A stretch of DNA of 64,000 nucleotides, taken from contig CAVZYA010000001.1 in assembly GCA_963779415.1 (NCBI GenBank), positions 1,760,001 to 1,824,000 of the forward strand. Reading direction: 5' to 3'. Position numbers and translations under genes: made by a program. Positions 53,114 to 62,980 of the stretch are shown one piece after another (within the stretch, counting starts at the first letter, position 1; the number at the start of each line of letters is the position of its first letter). The DNA is from an uncultured Acidobacteriota bacterium (GTDB lineage: Bacteria; Acidobacteriota; Thermoanaerobaculia; UBA5066). The notes under the pieces were generated by a model. That model did no database searches and was not told the origin of the DNA. It saw only the letters and a program-made list of their open reading frames with translations.

Positions 53114-53695
53114 ATGGACGGCGGGTTCGTCCGTCGGATCCCGACGCCGGAAGAAGAGCGTGAGCGGCTTGCCCGGCCGGTTCCGTCCTATCCGCCGGGG
53201 CACGAAGAAGATGTCGTCCTGAAAGACGGGACCTCCCTTCACCTCCGTCCGATCCGCCCCGACGACGGTCCCGAGCTCCTGAAGCTCTACGACAAGCTCT
53301 CGAACACCAGCCTCTATCACCGCTTCTTCGTCGTCCCGCCGAAGGACGCCTCGAAGGCCGACTATCTCGCCCACGTCGATTACGAGAACCAGTTCGCCCT
53401 CGTGGCCGCGGCGAACGGCGAGGTCGTGGCCGTGGCGCGATACCACCGCGACGACTCCCGTCACGAGCACGCCGAGGTCGCCTTCACGGTCGCGGACTCC
53501 CTCCAGAGGAAGGGAATCGGGTCGATCCTCCTCTCGCGCCTCGCGGCCATCGCGCGTGAACGCGGCGTCACCGTCTTCGACGCCGAGGTGATGTCGGACA
53601 ACGCCGGGATGATCCGGGTCTTCGAGAAATCCGGCCTCGCCCTGACACGGCGGACCGAGGGGGAGATCCTGCGGTTCGAGATCGCCCTAGGATGA
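53114..53695 (+). CDS. GNAT-family acetyltransferase (stand-alone Pat-type GNAT domain)
   Basis: LKDGTSLHLRPIRPDD, SLYHRFF, AEVAFTVADSLQRKGIG and NAGMIRVF motifs. Confidence 0.85.
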   Translation: MDGGFVRRIPTPEEERERLARPVPSYPPGHEEDVVLKDGTSLHLRPIRPDDGPELLKLYDKLSNTSLYHRFFVVPPKDASKADYLAHVDYENQFALVAAANGEVVAVARYHRDDSRHEHAEVAFTVADSLQRKGIGSILLSRLAAIARERGVTVFDAEVMSDNAGMIRVFEKSGLALTRRTEGEILRFEIALG

Positions 53696-53729
53696 GGCCC
53701 CGGGCCGCCCCCTATACTCGAATCGCCGG

Positions 53730-54860
53730 ATGACCTCCGAAGCCCTTCCATCGAGCATCGGCCGCTATCAGGTCCGGCGACTCCTGGGCCGGGGCGGGAT
53801 GGGAGAGGTCTATCTCTGCGCCGATCCGGCGCTCGGCCGCCAGGTCGCGATCAAGATCCTGCCGGCGGCACTCGCGACCGACGAGAAGATGCGGGGACGG
53901 TTCCTGAACGAGGCGCGGGCCGTGGCCGGGATCAACCACCCGAACGTCATCACGATTCACGACGTCGGCCTCACGGACCCGCGGGACGTCGGGCTCCCCC
54001 CCGGCCTCCTCTACCTCGTCCTCGAGTACCTCGAGGGGCTCGCCGTCGACGAGATCATGGAGAAGCGCCGCCTCACCCTGGACGAGTGCCTCGACATCGG
54101 CATCCAGATGCTCGACGGCCTCAAGGCGGCGCACCAGAAGCGGATCCTCCACCGCGACGTCACGCCCGCGAACGTCATCGTCCGGCCGGACGGGCGGGTG
54201 AAGCTGCTCGACTTCGGTCTCTCGAAGCTCCTGAAAGAAGGGGCGAAGGACACCTCGACGGCCCCGCGCCAGACCGGAGAGGGGATGATCGTCGGAACGC
54301 TCGACTACCTGAGCCCCGAGCAGGCGCTCGGAAACCCGCTCGACGAGCGCTCGGATCTCTTCTCTTTCGGAATCGTCCTTTATCAGATGCTGACCGGCAC
54401 GCACCCCTTCGCGAGCAAGAGCGTCACGCAGATGGTTGCCCGGATGATGACGCAGTCCCCACACCCGATCACGGAGTCGATGGCCGTTCCCGAGAGTCTC
54501 CGGCAGATTCTCGCCCGTGCGCTCCAGAAGGAAGCGGCCGACCGCTACGGAAGCGCGGCGCAGATGATGCTCGATCTGATGGAGGCGCGGCGCGAGCTGG
54601 GCGTCGCCTCCGGCGGCCCCTCTTCGGTCCACCTGCCGGGATCGGTCACAGCGCCGCCCGCCGTCCCGAGGACGGGCCCCCTCGCGCCGCACTCTCCCCG
54701 GGACGGCGCCTCCGTCCCGAAGCCCGCCGTCCGTGACGGGACGACGGGGCCGATGCCGAAGCTCCGCCGGCCCCTGCCGCGCGCCGCCCTGGGAGCCCTC
54801 ATCGTCGGGGCCCTTCTCGTGATGGCGGCGGTCGTCTTCTTCCTCTCCGTCCGCTTCTGA
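53730..54860 (+). CDS. Membrane-anchored Hanks-type Ser/Thr protein kinase
   Basis: GRGGMGEV, VAIK, HRDVTPAN, DFG, GTLDYLSPEQ and DLFSFG motifs; C-terminal TM with no extracellular domain. Confidence 0.93.
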   Translation: MTSEALPSSIGRYQVRRLLGRGGMGEVYLCADPALGRQVAIKILPAALATDEKMRGRFLNEARAVAGINHPNVITIHDVGLTDPRDVGLPPGLLYLVLEYLEGLAVDEIMEKRRLTLDECLDIGIQMLDGLKAAHQKRILHRDVTPANVIVRPDGRVKLLDFGLSKLLKEGAKDTSTAPRQTGEGMIVGTLDYLSPEQALGNPLDERSDLFSFGIVLYQMLTGTHPFASKSVTQMVARMMTQSPHPITESMAVPESLRQILARALQKEAADRYGSAAQMMLDLMEARRELGVASGGPSSVHLPGSVTAPPAVPRTGPLAPHSPRDGASVPKPAVRDGTTGPMPKLRRPLPRAALGALIVGALLVMAAVVFFLSVRF

Positions 54861-54909
54861 CCGGGCCCGCCCTCCGTCCGTTCCCGCATCGAGCCGGAGA
54901 CGCCGAAGG

Positions 54910-55599
54910 TCATCTTCCGAGGAGCTCGAGAATCCTTTCGTACTCTTCCGGGAGCCGGGCTTCGATGTCGAGGCCCATCTCCCGGATCTCGATCCTCTCC
55001 GCATGCAGCAGCGGCCGGGTCAGGCGCGCGAGCGCCTCCCGCTTCTTCGGGTCTTTCACGCCGTGCCAGCGCGCGACGCCGCCGTAGAAGTCGTCCCCCG
55101 CGATCGGGTGCCCCTTCGCCGCGAGGTGGACGCGGATCTGATGCGTCCGTCCGGTCTCGGGGGTGAGCCGGAGGTCCGCGAGCGACGGATAGCGCCGGAC
55201 CGTCTCGTAGCGGGTCGAGGCCGGCTTGCCGTCACGGGCGACGCGCATCTTCCGGCCGTCCTTCGGGTCCCGCGCGAGAGCGAGGTCGATCCTCCCTCGG
55301 GCCGGGACCGGATGGCCCCAGACGATCGCGCGGTATGTCTTCCGCGCCTTCTTCTCCTGCAGGGCGCGGGAGAGCGCCCGATGGGCCGTCTCCGTCTTCG
55401 CGAGCAGAACGACGCCGGTCGTTCCGACGTCGAGACGGTGGACGAGGCGCGGGAGCGGCTCTTCGACGGAGAGACCGCACGCATGCAGAAGCCGCCGCAC
55501 CGCCTCCTCCGCCGAGCCCGGGCGCGAGGACGTCGCCATCGAGACCCCGGCCGGTTTGTCCAGAGCGAGGATCTCCTCGCTCTCGAAGAGGAGCCTCAC
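54910..55599 (-). CDS. RluA-family pseudouridine synthase (no S4 domain)
   Basis: LDKPAG, VHRLDVGTTG, TGRTHQIRVHL, GHPIAGD and LLHA motifs. Confidence 0.92.
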   Translation of the reverse strand: MRLLFESEEILALDKPAGVSMATSSRPGSAEEAVRRLLHACGLSVEEPLPRLVHRLDVGTTGVVLLAKTETAHRALSRALQEKKARKTYRAIVWGHPVPARGRIDLALARDPKDGRKMRVARDGKPASTRYETVRRYPSLADLRLTPETGRTHQIRVHLAAKGHPIAGDDFYGGVARWHGVKDPKKREALARLTRPLLHAERIEIREMGLDIEARLPEEYERILELLGR

Positions 55600-56420
55600 C
55601 CGTTAGGCGTCTGGGCGTCCTTGAAGATCGACGGCGGCGGCGTCTTCTTCGGCTTCGGCCTCTCGACCTGGTCCGTCGTCTTCCCGTCGAACGGTTTCTG
55701 GAGCGGCACGCGCGCCGCCACATGGTCGCCAACGGCGAGCCCCTCGGGAACGGGGGCGCCGTCCGCGATCGAGAGAACCCGCTTGCGCCCGCTCGATTCG
55801 ACGATCGTGATCGACACCCCCTTCGAAAAAGCGGTCACTTTGCCGGTCACCATCATGAAGGCCGCGCCGAGGACGGCCTTGCCCCGCGGCGGCGGCGGTC
55901 CCGGCTGCGTCGTCGCGGGGGGCGCCGAGACGCTTCCGGAAGGCGGGGCGGCGCCCGGCGGAGCCTGGGTAGGTGGCGGCGCGGCCGGGGCGGGGGGCGC
56001 CGCCGTCGGGGCGAGGGGCGGCGCGGACGGAACGCCGGTCGTGAGGCCGGTCACGCGGAAGCGGCCGTCGCTCGTCTGCCGGACGAGGAAGTTGATCGTC
56101 CCGCCGGGGCGGAGGTCGGGCGGAAAGATGATGGTCGACGGCACCGGCACCACGCGCGTCGCCCCGTTCGGGAGGAGGACCGTGATCGACCGTCCGTCCT
56201 CCCACTGGATGACCTGCGCCTGGACGGAGAGCTCCGGCCCCGTCACCTCGGAGTTCACGATCTCCTGGCCGCCGATCCGGATCTCCTGGTTCCCGGAATA
56301 GCCGGGCCATCCGGGGACGACGACGGTCTCCGTCGCCGTCCTGTCCGCCGACTGCTGCGCGTTGGCGTGAGCGGCGAGAACGAGAGCGAGCAGTATGGCG
56401 GTGGGGCACGATCGGTTCAT
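55596..56420 (-). CDS. Exported hypothetical protein with two small beta domains joined by a Pro-rich linker
   Basis: MNRSCPTAILLALVLAAHANA signal; VQAQVIQWEDGRSITV..DLRPGGTI and VTGKVTAFSKGVSITI..GLAVGDHV repeats; RBS GGAGG. Confidence 0.7.
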   Translation of the reverse strand: MNRSCPTAILLALVLAAHANAQQSADRTATETVVVPGWPGYSGNQEIRIGGQEIVNSEVTGPELSVQAQVIQWEDGRSITVLLPNGATRVVPVPSTIIFPPDLRPGGTINFLVRQTSDGRFRVTGLTTGVPSAPPLAPTAAPPAPAAPPPTQAPPGAAPPSGSVSAPPATTQPGPPPPRGKAVLGAAFMMVTGKVTAFSKGVSITIVESSGRKRVLSIADGAPVPEGLAVGDHVAARVPLQKPFDGKTTDQVERPKPKKTPPPSIFKDAQTPNG

Positions 56421-56443
56421 GGCGGAATGCCTCCGGGGGAATT

Positions 56444-57730
56444 CTATTCCGCAGCCGTCTTCCGCCGCCCGACCGGAAGCCGTGCCGCCGCGGCGAGCTG
56501 GACGACCGCGAAGACGAGAAGCACCCCAAAGACCGGGAGGAGCGCTTGCCGGAGCGCCGTCCGGACTCCGGGCGGCACGACGGCGTCGGGGCGAAGGAGC
56601 GCCGCCGCCGAGTCCGGCGCGACGCCGAGCCGGGCGAAGAGGAGAGCGCCGAGGCCGACGACGCCGGCCGACCCGCCCACCGTCCGGAAGAACGGGACGA
56701 GGCTGGTCGCCATGCCGCGCCGAGCCTCGGGGACCACGTGCTGGACGGCGAGGAGCTGCGCGAGCGACGACGGCCCGAGGCCGAGCCCCACGAGACCGCA
56801 CGCGATGCTGATCACCGGCGTCGGCGCGCCGAGCCGCACGGCGACGACGAGGCCGGCGAGACCGAGAGAGACGAGGACCGCTCCGGAGAGGGCGGTCCTC
56901 CGGAAGCCGTGGCGCGGCAGCGTCCGGCCGGCCACGACGGCGGAGAGCGCCCAGGCGAAGACGAGGGGCGTCACGACGGCGCCGGCCGCGTGCGCGGTCC
57001 CTCCGAGCGCCCCCTGCACGTAGAGGGGGACGTAGGCCGTCACGCCGTAGATCGTCGTACCGAGAAGGACGCTCGCGAGGTACGCGGCCGCGGTCCCCTC
57101 CTCACGGAAGAGCCCCGAGAAGGCGGGAGACGCCGTTGCCGGGATTCGCGTCGTCTCCACCATCTGCGTGGCGACGAGGAGTCCCGCGAGAAGGCCCAAC
57201 GGGAGGATCGGGGCGAAGACCCAGCGCCAGCCGAGCGAGGTGGTCACGAGCGCCCCCGCCACCGGCCCGATGAGGCTCGCCGCGCCCCAGACGCCGCTGA
57301 AGAGGCCCTGCACCCGCGCCCGCTCTTCGAGCGAGAAGAGGTCCCCCGCGACCGTCATCGAGACGGGGACGAGCCCCCCGGCGCCGAGGCCCTGAAGAGC
57401 GCGCGCCGCGACGAGGAAGCTCATCGAATGCGCCGCGGCGCAGAGGAGGGACCCCCCTGCGAAGAGGACGACGGCGGAGAGGAGCGTTCGGCGCCGCCCG
57501 TGGAGATCGGCGAGCCGGCCGTAGAGCGGCATCGTCAGCGTGGAGGCGAGAAGGAAGACGGCGAAGACCCACGGGTAGAGACGGAGCCCCTGGAGCTCTC
57601 CGACGATCGTCGGCAGCGCGGTCGCGACGACCGTCGACTCGAACGAGGCGAGCGCCGTGACGAGAAGGAGCGCGAAGGTGACGCGCCGGCGCCTCCGGGG
57701 GTCGAACCGAGGAGCTTGCGTCGCCGACAT
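56444..57730 (-). CDS. MFS drug:H+ antiporter-like transporter
   Basis: ESTVVATALPTI, YGRLADLHGRRR, RALQGLGAGG and GWRWVF motifs. Confidence 0.9.
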   Translation of the reverse strand: MSATQAPRFDPRRRRRVTFALLLVTALASFESTVVATALPTIVGELQGLRLYPWVFAVFLLASTLTMPLYGRLADLHGRRRTLLSAVVLFAGGSLLCAAAHSMSFLVAARALQGLGAGGLVPVSMTVAGDLFSLEERARVQGLFSGVWGAASLIGPVAGALVTTSLGWRWVFAPILPLGLLAGLLVATQMVETTRIPATASPAFSGLFREEGTAAAYLASVLLGTTIYGVTAYVPLYVQGALGGTAHAAGAVVTPLVFAWALSAVVAGRTLPRHGFRRTALSGAVLVSLGLAGLVVAVRLGAPTPVISIACGLVGLGLGPSSLAQLLAVQHVVPEARRGMATSLVPFFRTVGGSAGVVGLGALLFARLGVAPDSAAALLRPDAVVPPGVRTALRQALLPVFGVLLVFAVVQLAAAARLPVGRRKTAAE

Positions 57731-57792
57731 CGGGGCGCAGCCTAGCAGCCGGCACGCCCGCCCCGGTCTAGAATTGCCGCCCGCGAGGGACC

Positions 57793-58503
57793 ATGGAGCT
57801 GAAGGATCGCGTCGTCCTCGTCACGGGAGCTGGTCGCGGCATCGGCCGCGCCCTCGCCCATGCCTTCGCCGCCGAAGGGGCGCACGTCGCGCTTCAGGGG
57901 AAGACGAAGAAGAACATCGAGAAAGTCCAGCGCGAGCTGAAGGGGACCGGCGTACGGACGGTCCTTCTCGCGGGCGACGTCGCCGACGAGGGAGCCGTGT
58001 CGCGCTGCGTCGCGGCCGCGGAACAGCAGCTCGGCCCCATCGACGTCCTCGTCAACAACGCGGGGATCTTCGCGACGGGCCCCGTCGACCGGATGGACGC
58101 CCTCGTTTTCGACCGGGTCCTCGCCGTCAACCTTCGCGGGCCTTTCCTGATGTCGCGCGCCGTCCTCCCCGGCATGAAGGCCCGCAAGCGCGGGCACATC
58201 GTGAACATCGCCTCCACCGCGGGGCGCCGCGGCTTCCCGGGCGGCGGGGCATACTGCGCGTCGAAATTCGGCCTCGCCGGGCTTTCCGAGGCGATGCGCT
58301 ACGACACCCGGGCCTTCGACGTCCGCGTCACCTGCGTCTTCCCCTCCTCCGTCGCGACGGACCTCGCGCGCGAGCACGATGCCGGACTGAACGAGGCGCG
58401 GGCCATCCAGCCGGAGGACGTGGCTCGGGCGGTCGTCGCGCTCGTCCGGATGGACGACCGCGCGATGACGACGAGTCTCGAGATCTGGCAGACGAATCCG
58501 TGA
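57793..58503 (+). CDS. Short-chain dehydrogenase/reductase
   Basis: TGAGRGIG, NNAG and YCASK motifs. Confidence 0.93.
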   Translation: MELKDRVVLVTGAGRGIGRALAHAFAAEGAHVALQGKTKKNIEKVQRELKGTGVRTVLLAGDVADEGAVSRCVAAAEQQLGPIDVLVNNAGIFATGPVDRMDALVFDRVLAVNLRGPFLMSRAVLPGMKARKRGHIVNIASTAGRRGFPGGGAYCASKFGLAGLSEAMRYDTRAFDVRVTCVFPSSVATDLAREHDAGLNEARAIQPEDVARAVVALVRMDDRAMTTSLEIWQTNP

Positions 58504-59204
58504 GCCTGCCGCGCCACCGGCATTCGGAGCAGCACTTCGAGGGATCGGAGATCGTCCGGGACGTCGTTCTCGGGATGTCCGACGGCCTCACGGTCCCGTT
58601 CGCCCTCGCGGCGGGTCTCTCGGGCGCCATCGCAAGCTCGCGCGTCGTCCTGATCGCCGGCGCGGCGGAGCTGGCGGCCGGCGCCATCGCGATGGGGCTC
58701 GGCGGCTATCTCGCGGCCCAGAGCGAGGCCGACAGCTACCGGAGCGAGCGGAAACGCGAGTACGACGAGATCCACGACATTCCGGAGGAGGAGCGCGAGG
58801 AGGTCCGGAAGATCTTCGCCTCGTGGGGCCTCGAGGGCGAGACGCTCGAGGACGCGACGGGAGCCGTCTGCGCCGAGCCGACGCGCTGGGTCGACTTCAT
58901 GATGCGCGAGGAGCTGCATCTGACCGAGCCCGACCCGGGCCGGGCCCGCGTCTCGGCGATGACGATCGGCGGCGCCTACGTGGCGGGCGGGGCGATCCCG
59001 CTCGCCCCGTATCTCTTCGCCGGCACGGTCTCGACGGCCCTCGCCGCCTCCTGCGCCGTGACGCTTTCGGCCCTGGCCCTGTTCGGGGCGGTCAAGGGGC
59101 GGCTCACCGGCCGCCCCGTGCTCCGCGAGGCGGTTCGGACGGTCCTCGTCGGCGCCATCGCGTCCGGAGCGGCCTTCCTTCTGGCGAAGCTGATCTCGGG
59201 ATGA
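58500..59204 (+). CDS. VIT1/CCC1-family iron/manganese transporter
   Basis: GTG overlapping the SDR stop; RDVVLGMSDGLTVPFALAAG, MGLGGYLA, WVDFMMREEL and IPLAPY motifs. Confidence 0.92.
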   Translation: MSLPRHRHSEQHFEGSEIVRDVVLGMSDGLTVPFALAAGLSGAIASSRVVLIAGAAELAAGAIAMGLGGYLAAQSEADSYRSERKREYDEIHDIPEEEREEVRKIFASWGLEGETLEDATGAVCAEPTRWVDFMMREELHLTEPDPGRARVSAMTIGGAYVAGGAIPLAPYLFAGTVSTALAASCAVTLSALALFGAVKGRLTGRPVLREAVRTVLVGAIASGAAFLLAKLISG

Positions 59205-59220
59205 GCGCGCCGGCCGCGGC

Positions 59221-60420
59221 TCAGCGCGCGCCTCTCATCTCGTAGACGAAGCCCATGCCGGGCGTCTTCTTCGCCGCGAGCGCGGAGCGGAAGGCCTTCG
59301 CCTCCTCGGCCGTCCGGAACTCGCCGACGACGACCCGGTACCAGATCCCCTTCCCGCCCAGATCCACCTCGACGGCCCGGGCGGGTCTTTCGAACTCCGA
59401 CGCGAGCTTCGCGGCGTCGGCCGCCGCGGCCGCACGGTCCTGATGCGACGCGAAATGGACGATGAAGACGGGAGAACGCCCCGCCCAGTCCCGGGTGACG
59501 AACGAGGCGACGCGTCCCGGTGCGGGCGTGGAAGCGGCCCGGGTCTTCGCCGCGGGGCGCGGTGCGACCCTCGGCTTTTCGGGAGCCGGTTTCGTCGGTG
59601 CCGGCTTTGGCGGGACGGAGACCCCGGCGGGCGTCGTCACCGGGGTCGGAACGGCCGCCGCGACCGGCGTGCTCGCCGGAGGAAGAGCCGGCGGCGCCGG
59701 CAGCTCGACCTTCGTCGCCGAAGCGTTTCTTCCCCCCGCCGGGAGGGGCGCCAGGAGCCGGGCGACGACCCAGACGAGACCGGCCCCGACGACGACGATC
59801 GCGGCGATCGCGAGAACCCAGAGGCTTCGCCACGCGGCGGCGTCCCGCGGCTCTTTCGGTTCCGTTGGTTCCGACGCTTCCGGCACGCTCTCCTCGGGCG
59901 CCTCGCTGAGGTCGAACTCCGCCGCGCCCGTCGTGGCAGGCATGGAAACGTCCCATTCCGGCTCCGCGGGCGCGGACCCTACCGGCGCCACGACCGCGGC
60001 GGGGACCTCGCCGCTCGACCTCTCCCAGCCGAGGTCGTCGCTCGTGGCTGCGGCGAACGGCTCCTCCGGAGGTTCGTACAGAGCCGGCAGGACCGGTTCG
60101 ACGGCGGCGGGAGGCTTTTCGGGGAGCGGAGGCGGGCCGGGAGGCGCCTCGACGAAGAGATCCGGTTGCTTCGGAGTCACGCCCTCGGGGCGAAGCGCCC
60201 GGTACCGCTCCCCGGCGCGCGCGACGAGCTCTTCGAGCGGGGCGGCCTCGAGCCCCTGCTTCACCCTCGCGAGTTCCTCGGTGACGACTTCGCGCGAGAC
60301 GCGGTAGAGAGCGGCGGGATCGGCCGAGACCCGACGGGAGAGCGCCGCGGCGACCTCCGCGACAGACGGGAGAATCCGCCTCGCCCCGCCTCGCCGATCG
60401 CCCGGAGGTGTCGCGCTCAA
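59221..60420 (-). CDS. Single-pass membrane protein with a C-terminal SPOR domain
   Basis: TM LWVLAIAAIVVVGAGLVWVV; Pro-rich linker; SPOR-like FIVHFASH...KGIWYRVVVGEFRTAEEAKAF. Confidence 0.8.
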   Translation of the reverse strand: MSATPPGDRRGGARRILPSVAEVAAALSRRVSADPAALYRVSREVVTEELARVKQGLEAAPLEELVARAGERYRALRPEGVTPKQPDLFVEAPPGPPPLPEKPPAAVEPVLPALYEPPEEPFAAATSDDLGWERSSGEVPAAVVAPVGSAPAEPEWDVSMPATTGAAEFDLSEAPEESVPEASEPTEPKEPRDAAAWRSLWVLAIAAIVVVGAGLVWVVARLLAPLPAGGRNASATKVELPAPPALPPASTPVAAAVPTPVTTPAGVSVPPKPAPTKPAPEKPRVAPRPAAKTRAASTPAPGRVASFVTRDWAGRSPVFIVHFASHQDRAAAAADAAKLASEFERPARAVEVDLGGKGIWYRVVVGEFRTAEEAKAFRSALAAKKTPGMGFVYEMRGAR

Positions 60421-60487
60421 TCCGCCCCCACGGGCCGCCCCGGGCCGACCGGCCGATGGTCACTCACCGACGGATCCGGGAAGGCCT

Positions 60488-61270
60488 TCACGCACTCTCA
60501 CGCGAGAGGTTAGCACCGGGCGCCCCGCTTCCGGTCTGGAGAAGCCGTCGCGTCGCCGGGTGTCCGGGGTGCGCGAGCACCTCCCCGGGCTCCCCCTCCT
60601 CCACGATCCTCCCCTCCGCGAGGACGGCGACTCGCGTCGCGACTCGATGTGCGAACTCGACGTCGTGCGTCGTGACGAGGAGAGCCCGCCCGTCGGCGCC
60701 GAGCCGCCGGAGCGACTCCCCGAGTTCGCCCCGCCTCGCGGGATCGAGCGACGCGGTCGGCTCGTCCATCAGGAGAAGGGGTGGGTCCATCGCGAGGCTT
60801 CGGGCGATGGCAACCCGCTGCGCTTCGCCCCCGGAAAGCTCCCGCGGGAGGGCTCTCGCGCGTCCCTCGACGCCGAGCGAGGAGAGGAGCCGCATCGCTC
60901 TCTCCTCAGCCTCGCGTCGTGGCGCCCCAAGGACGTGTACCGGAGCGAGCGTCACGTTTTCGAGCGCCGTCAGGTGGTCGAAGAGAAAGTGCTGCTGGAA
61001 GACCATCCCGACCTGCCGGCGGAGCGCCCGCGCGGCGGCCCCGACCGGAAGCCGGCCGGCGACGAGGGGGACGTCCCCGACCGAGACGGTCCCGGAGTCG
61101 AACGGCGAGAGCCCCGCGACCGCCCGCAGGACCGTCGTCTTGCCCCCTCCGGAAGGCGCCATCAGCATGACGATCTCGCCGTGCGCAAGCTCCAGAGTGA
61201 CGCCCGAGAGGATCTCGAGGCTGCCGCGCCGGAGCCTCAGCTCCCGGATCGAAAGGGGAGGAGCGCTCAC
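60488..61270 (-). CDS. Polar amino-acid ABC transporter ATP-binding protein
   Basis: GTG overlapping the permease stop; APSGGGKT, GMVFQQ, LSGGEAQR, LMDEPT and TTHD motifs. Confidence 0.92.
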   Translation of the reverse strand: MSAPPLSIRELRLRRGSLEILSGVTLELAHGEIVMLMAPSGGGKTTVLRAVAGLSPFDSGTVSVGDVPLVAGRLPVGAAARALRRQVGMVFQQHFLFDHLTALENVTLAPVHVLGAPRREAEERAMRLLSSLGVEGRARALPRELSGGEAQRVAIARSLAMDPPLLLMDEPTASLDPARRGELGESLRRLGADGRALLVTTHDVEFAHRVATRVAVLAEGRIVEEGEPGEVLAHPGHPATRRLLQTGSGAPGANLSRESA

Positions 61271-62799
61271 GGGGACGGGGCCTTCCAGCGCGCCTCGAGC
61301 CGCCTCGCGAGGCGCGCGAGCGGGAGCGACATCGCGAGGTAGATCGCGGCGCAGAGAGCACCGGGAACGAGCCACGTCCCGGCATTCACCGCGAAGATCG
61401 AGGTCTGCTTCGTCAGCTCCACGACCGTGATGACCGAGACGAGCGAGGAGTCCTTCAGGAGCGCCACGAAGTCGTTCGTCATCGGCGCGAGCGCGAGCCG
61501 GAACGCCTGCGGCGCGCGGACGAGGCGAAACACCTGCATCTCCGAAAGCCCCAGCGTCCGCGCCGCCTCGAGCTGTCCCTCCGGCACGGCTTCCAGCGCT
61601 CCCCGGTAGATCTCGCTTTCGTAGGCGGCGTAGTTGAGGCCGAGGCCGAGGAGGGCCGCGACGAAGGCCGGGAGCTTCACGACGGAGGAGAGGCCGTAGT
61701 AGAGGACGAAGAGCTGCAGAAGGACGGGCGTCCCCCGCGTCGCCTCCACGTAGAGCGTCAGAGAAGCGCGGACGAGAGCGCCGCCGTAGATCCGCCCCGT
61801 CGCCAGAAGGGTGCCCGCGGCGACCGCGAGCCCCATCGCGAGGCACGAAAGGAGGATCGTGACGAGGGCCGCCCTGAGGATCGAGGGGAGATATCGGGCG
61901 ACCATCGAGGTCATCGGCGGCCGTTCGGTCCCTCTCGCCGATCCCGACTCCTCGACGGACCCCGGGTCCCCGGCGACGCGCGCAAAGAGTCGCTGCTGCC
62001 CGTCGTCCCAGACTCCCCATCTCTCGAAGATCTTTCGGAGCGTTCCATCCCGCATCTTCTCGCGGAAGATCGCGTCGATCCGGTCGCGGAGAGCCCCGTT
62101 CCCCGGGGCGAGGACGCCGACGTAATGCCCCACGGCGACCGTCCCCGGCTGGATCGAGAGCCCCGGATTCTGCCGGATCGACCGCTCCGCGAGGATGTGA
62201 TCGAGGAGAACCGCGTCGATCCGCCCCCCCGCGAGGTCGGAATAGGGGTTCACGTCGTCGTCGTACGAGACCGGCACGACCCCATCGGCGGCCTTCGCCC
62301 GAAGGAGGATCTCGTAGGCGATCGTCCCCCCGAGCGTTCCCACCTTCCGCCCCCGGAGCTCCGCGAGAGAGGCGAAGCGGGCCCGATCCGCTTCGCGAAC
62401 CGTCAGCACCTCTCGAAACTCGAAGTAGGGGACCGTCACGGCGAGCGCCGCGCGCCGGGCGGGGGTCTCCTCGATGCCGCTCATCCCGATGTCGAAGTCG
62501 CCCCGGACGACCGACGCGTCGATCGACGTGAAGCCCACCTGCACGAAACGGGGAGTCCGCGAGAGTCCTCTCGCCAGCTCCGACGCGATGTCGACGTCGA
62601 AGCCCCGGACCTTCGACGGGTCGGCCGGGTCCGCCTCCACGATCGGCGCGCCCCCCTCGGCGTCGCCGCCCCAGCGCAGCTCCGCTGGCGGCGGCTCGGC
62701 GCGCAGCGCGCGCGCCGCCGCCAGCACCAGAGCCACGGCGCCTGTCATGGCGACGCACAGGACCAGGAGAGATTTCTTCTTAGAGGGAAAGAGGGACAT
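61267..62799 (-). CDS. Fused amino-acid ABC substrate-binding protein / permease
   Basis: SBP_bac_3 domain (GFDVDIA, DLAGGRIDAVLLD) followed by a HisM-type permease (RGTPVLLQL, AAYESEIYRG, GQLEAA, LLKDSSL). Confidence 0.92.
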   Translation of the reverse strand: MSLFPSKKKSLLVLCVAMTGAVALVLAAARALRAEPPPAELRWGGDAEGGAPIVEADPADPSKVRGFDVDIASELARGLSRTPRFVQVGFTSIDASVVRGDFDIGMSGIEETPARRAALAVTVPYFEFREVLTVREADRARFASLAELRGRKVGTLGGTIAYEILLRAKAADGVVPVSYDDDVNPYSDLAGGRIDAVLLDHILAERSIRQNPGLSIQPGTVAVGHYVGVLAPGNGALRDRIDAIFREKMRDGTLRKIFERWGVWDDGQQRLFARVAGDPGSVEESGSARGTERPPMTSMVARYLPSILRAALVTILLSCLAMGLAVAAGTLLATGRIYGGALVRASLTLYVEATRGTPVLLQLFVLYYGLSSVVKLPAFVAALLGLGLNYAAYESEIYRGALEAVPEGQLEAARTLGLSEMQVFRLVRAPQAFRLALAPMTNDFVALLKDSSLVSVITVVELTKQTSIFAVNAGTWLVPGALCAAIYLAMSLPLARLARRLEARWKAPSP

Positions 62800-62944
62800 C
62801 GCGCGAATCACAGGTCTGACCGTTTCCGCGATGGCCTCGCGGACAGTTTGTCTTTCACCCTCCAGGAAAAATACCAGCTATCGACGATGTCGTTCCGATC
62901 CATCTTGTCGGGCGGACGGGGCGTAACCTCCGGTTGCCCCATCG

Positions 62945-62973
62945 TTGACAGAAATCTGCCTATTACATATGCT
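62945..62973 (+). promoter_or_regulatory. Sigma-70-type promoter of vapBC, giving a leaderless transcript
   Basis: TTGACA (62945-50), 17-nt spacer, TATGCT (62968-73), 7 nt before ATG 62981; palindrome ATGC-tgatct-GCAT overlaps -10/+1 (possible operator). Confidence 0.75.
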
Positions 62974-62980
62974 GATCTGC

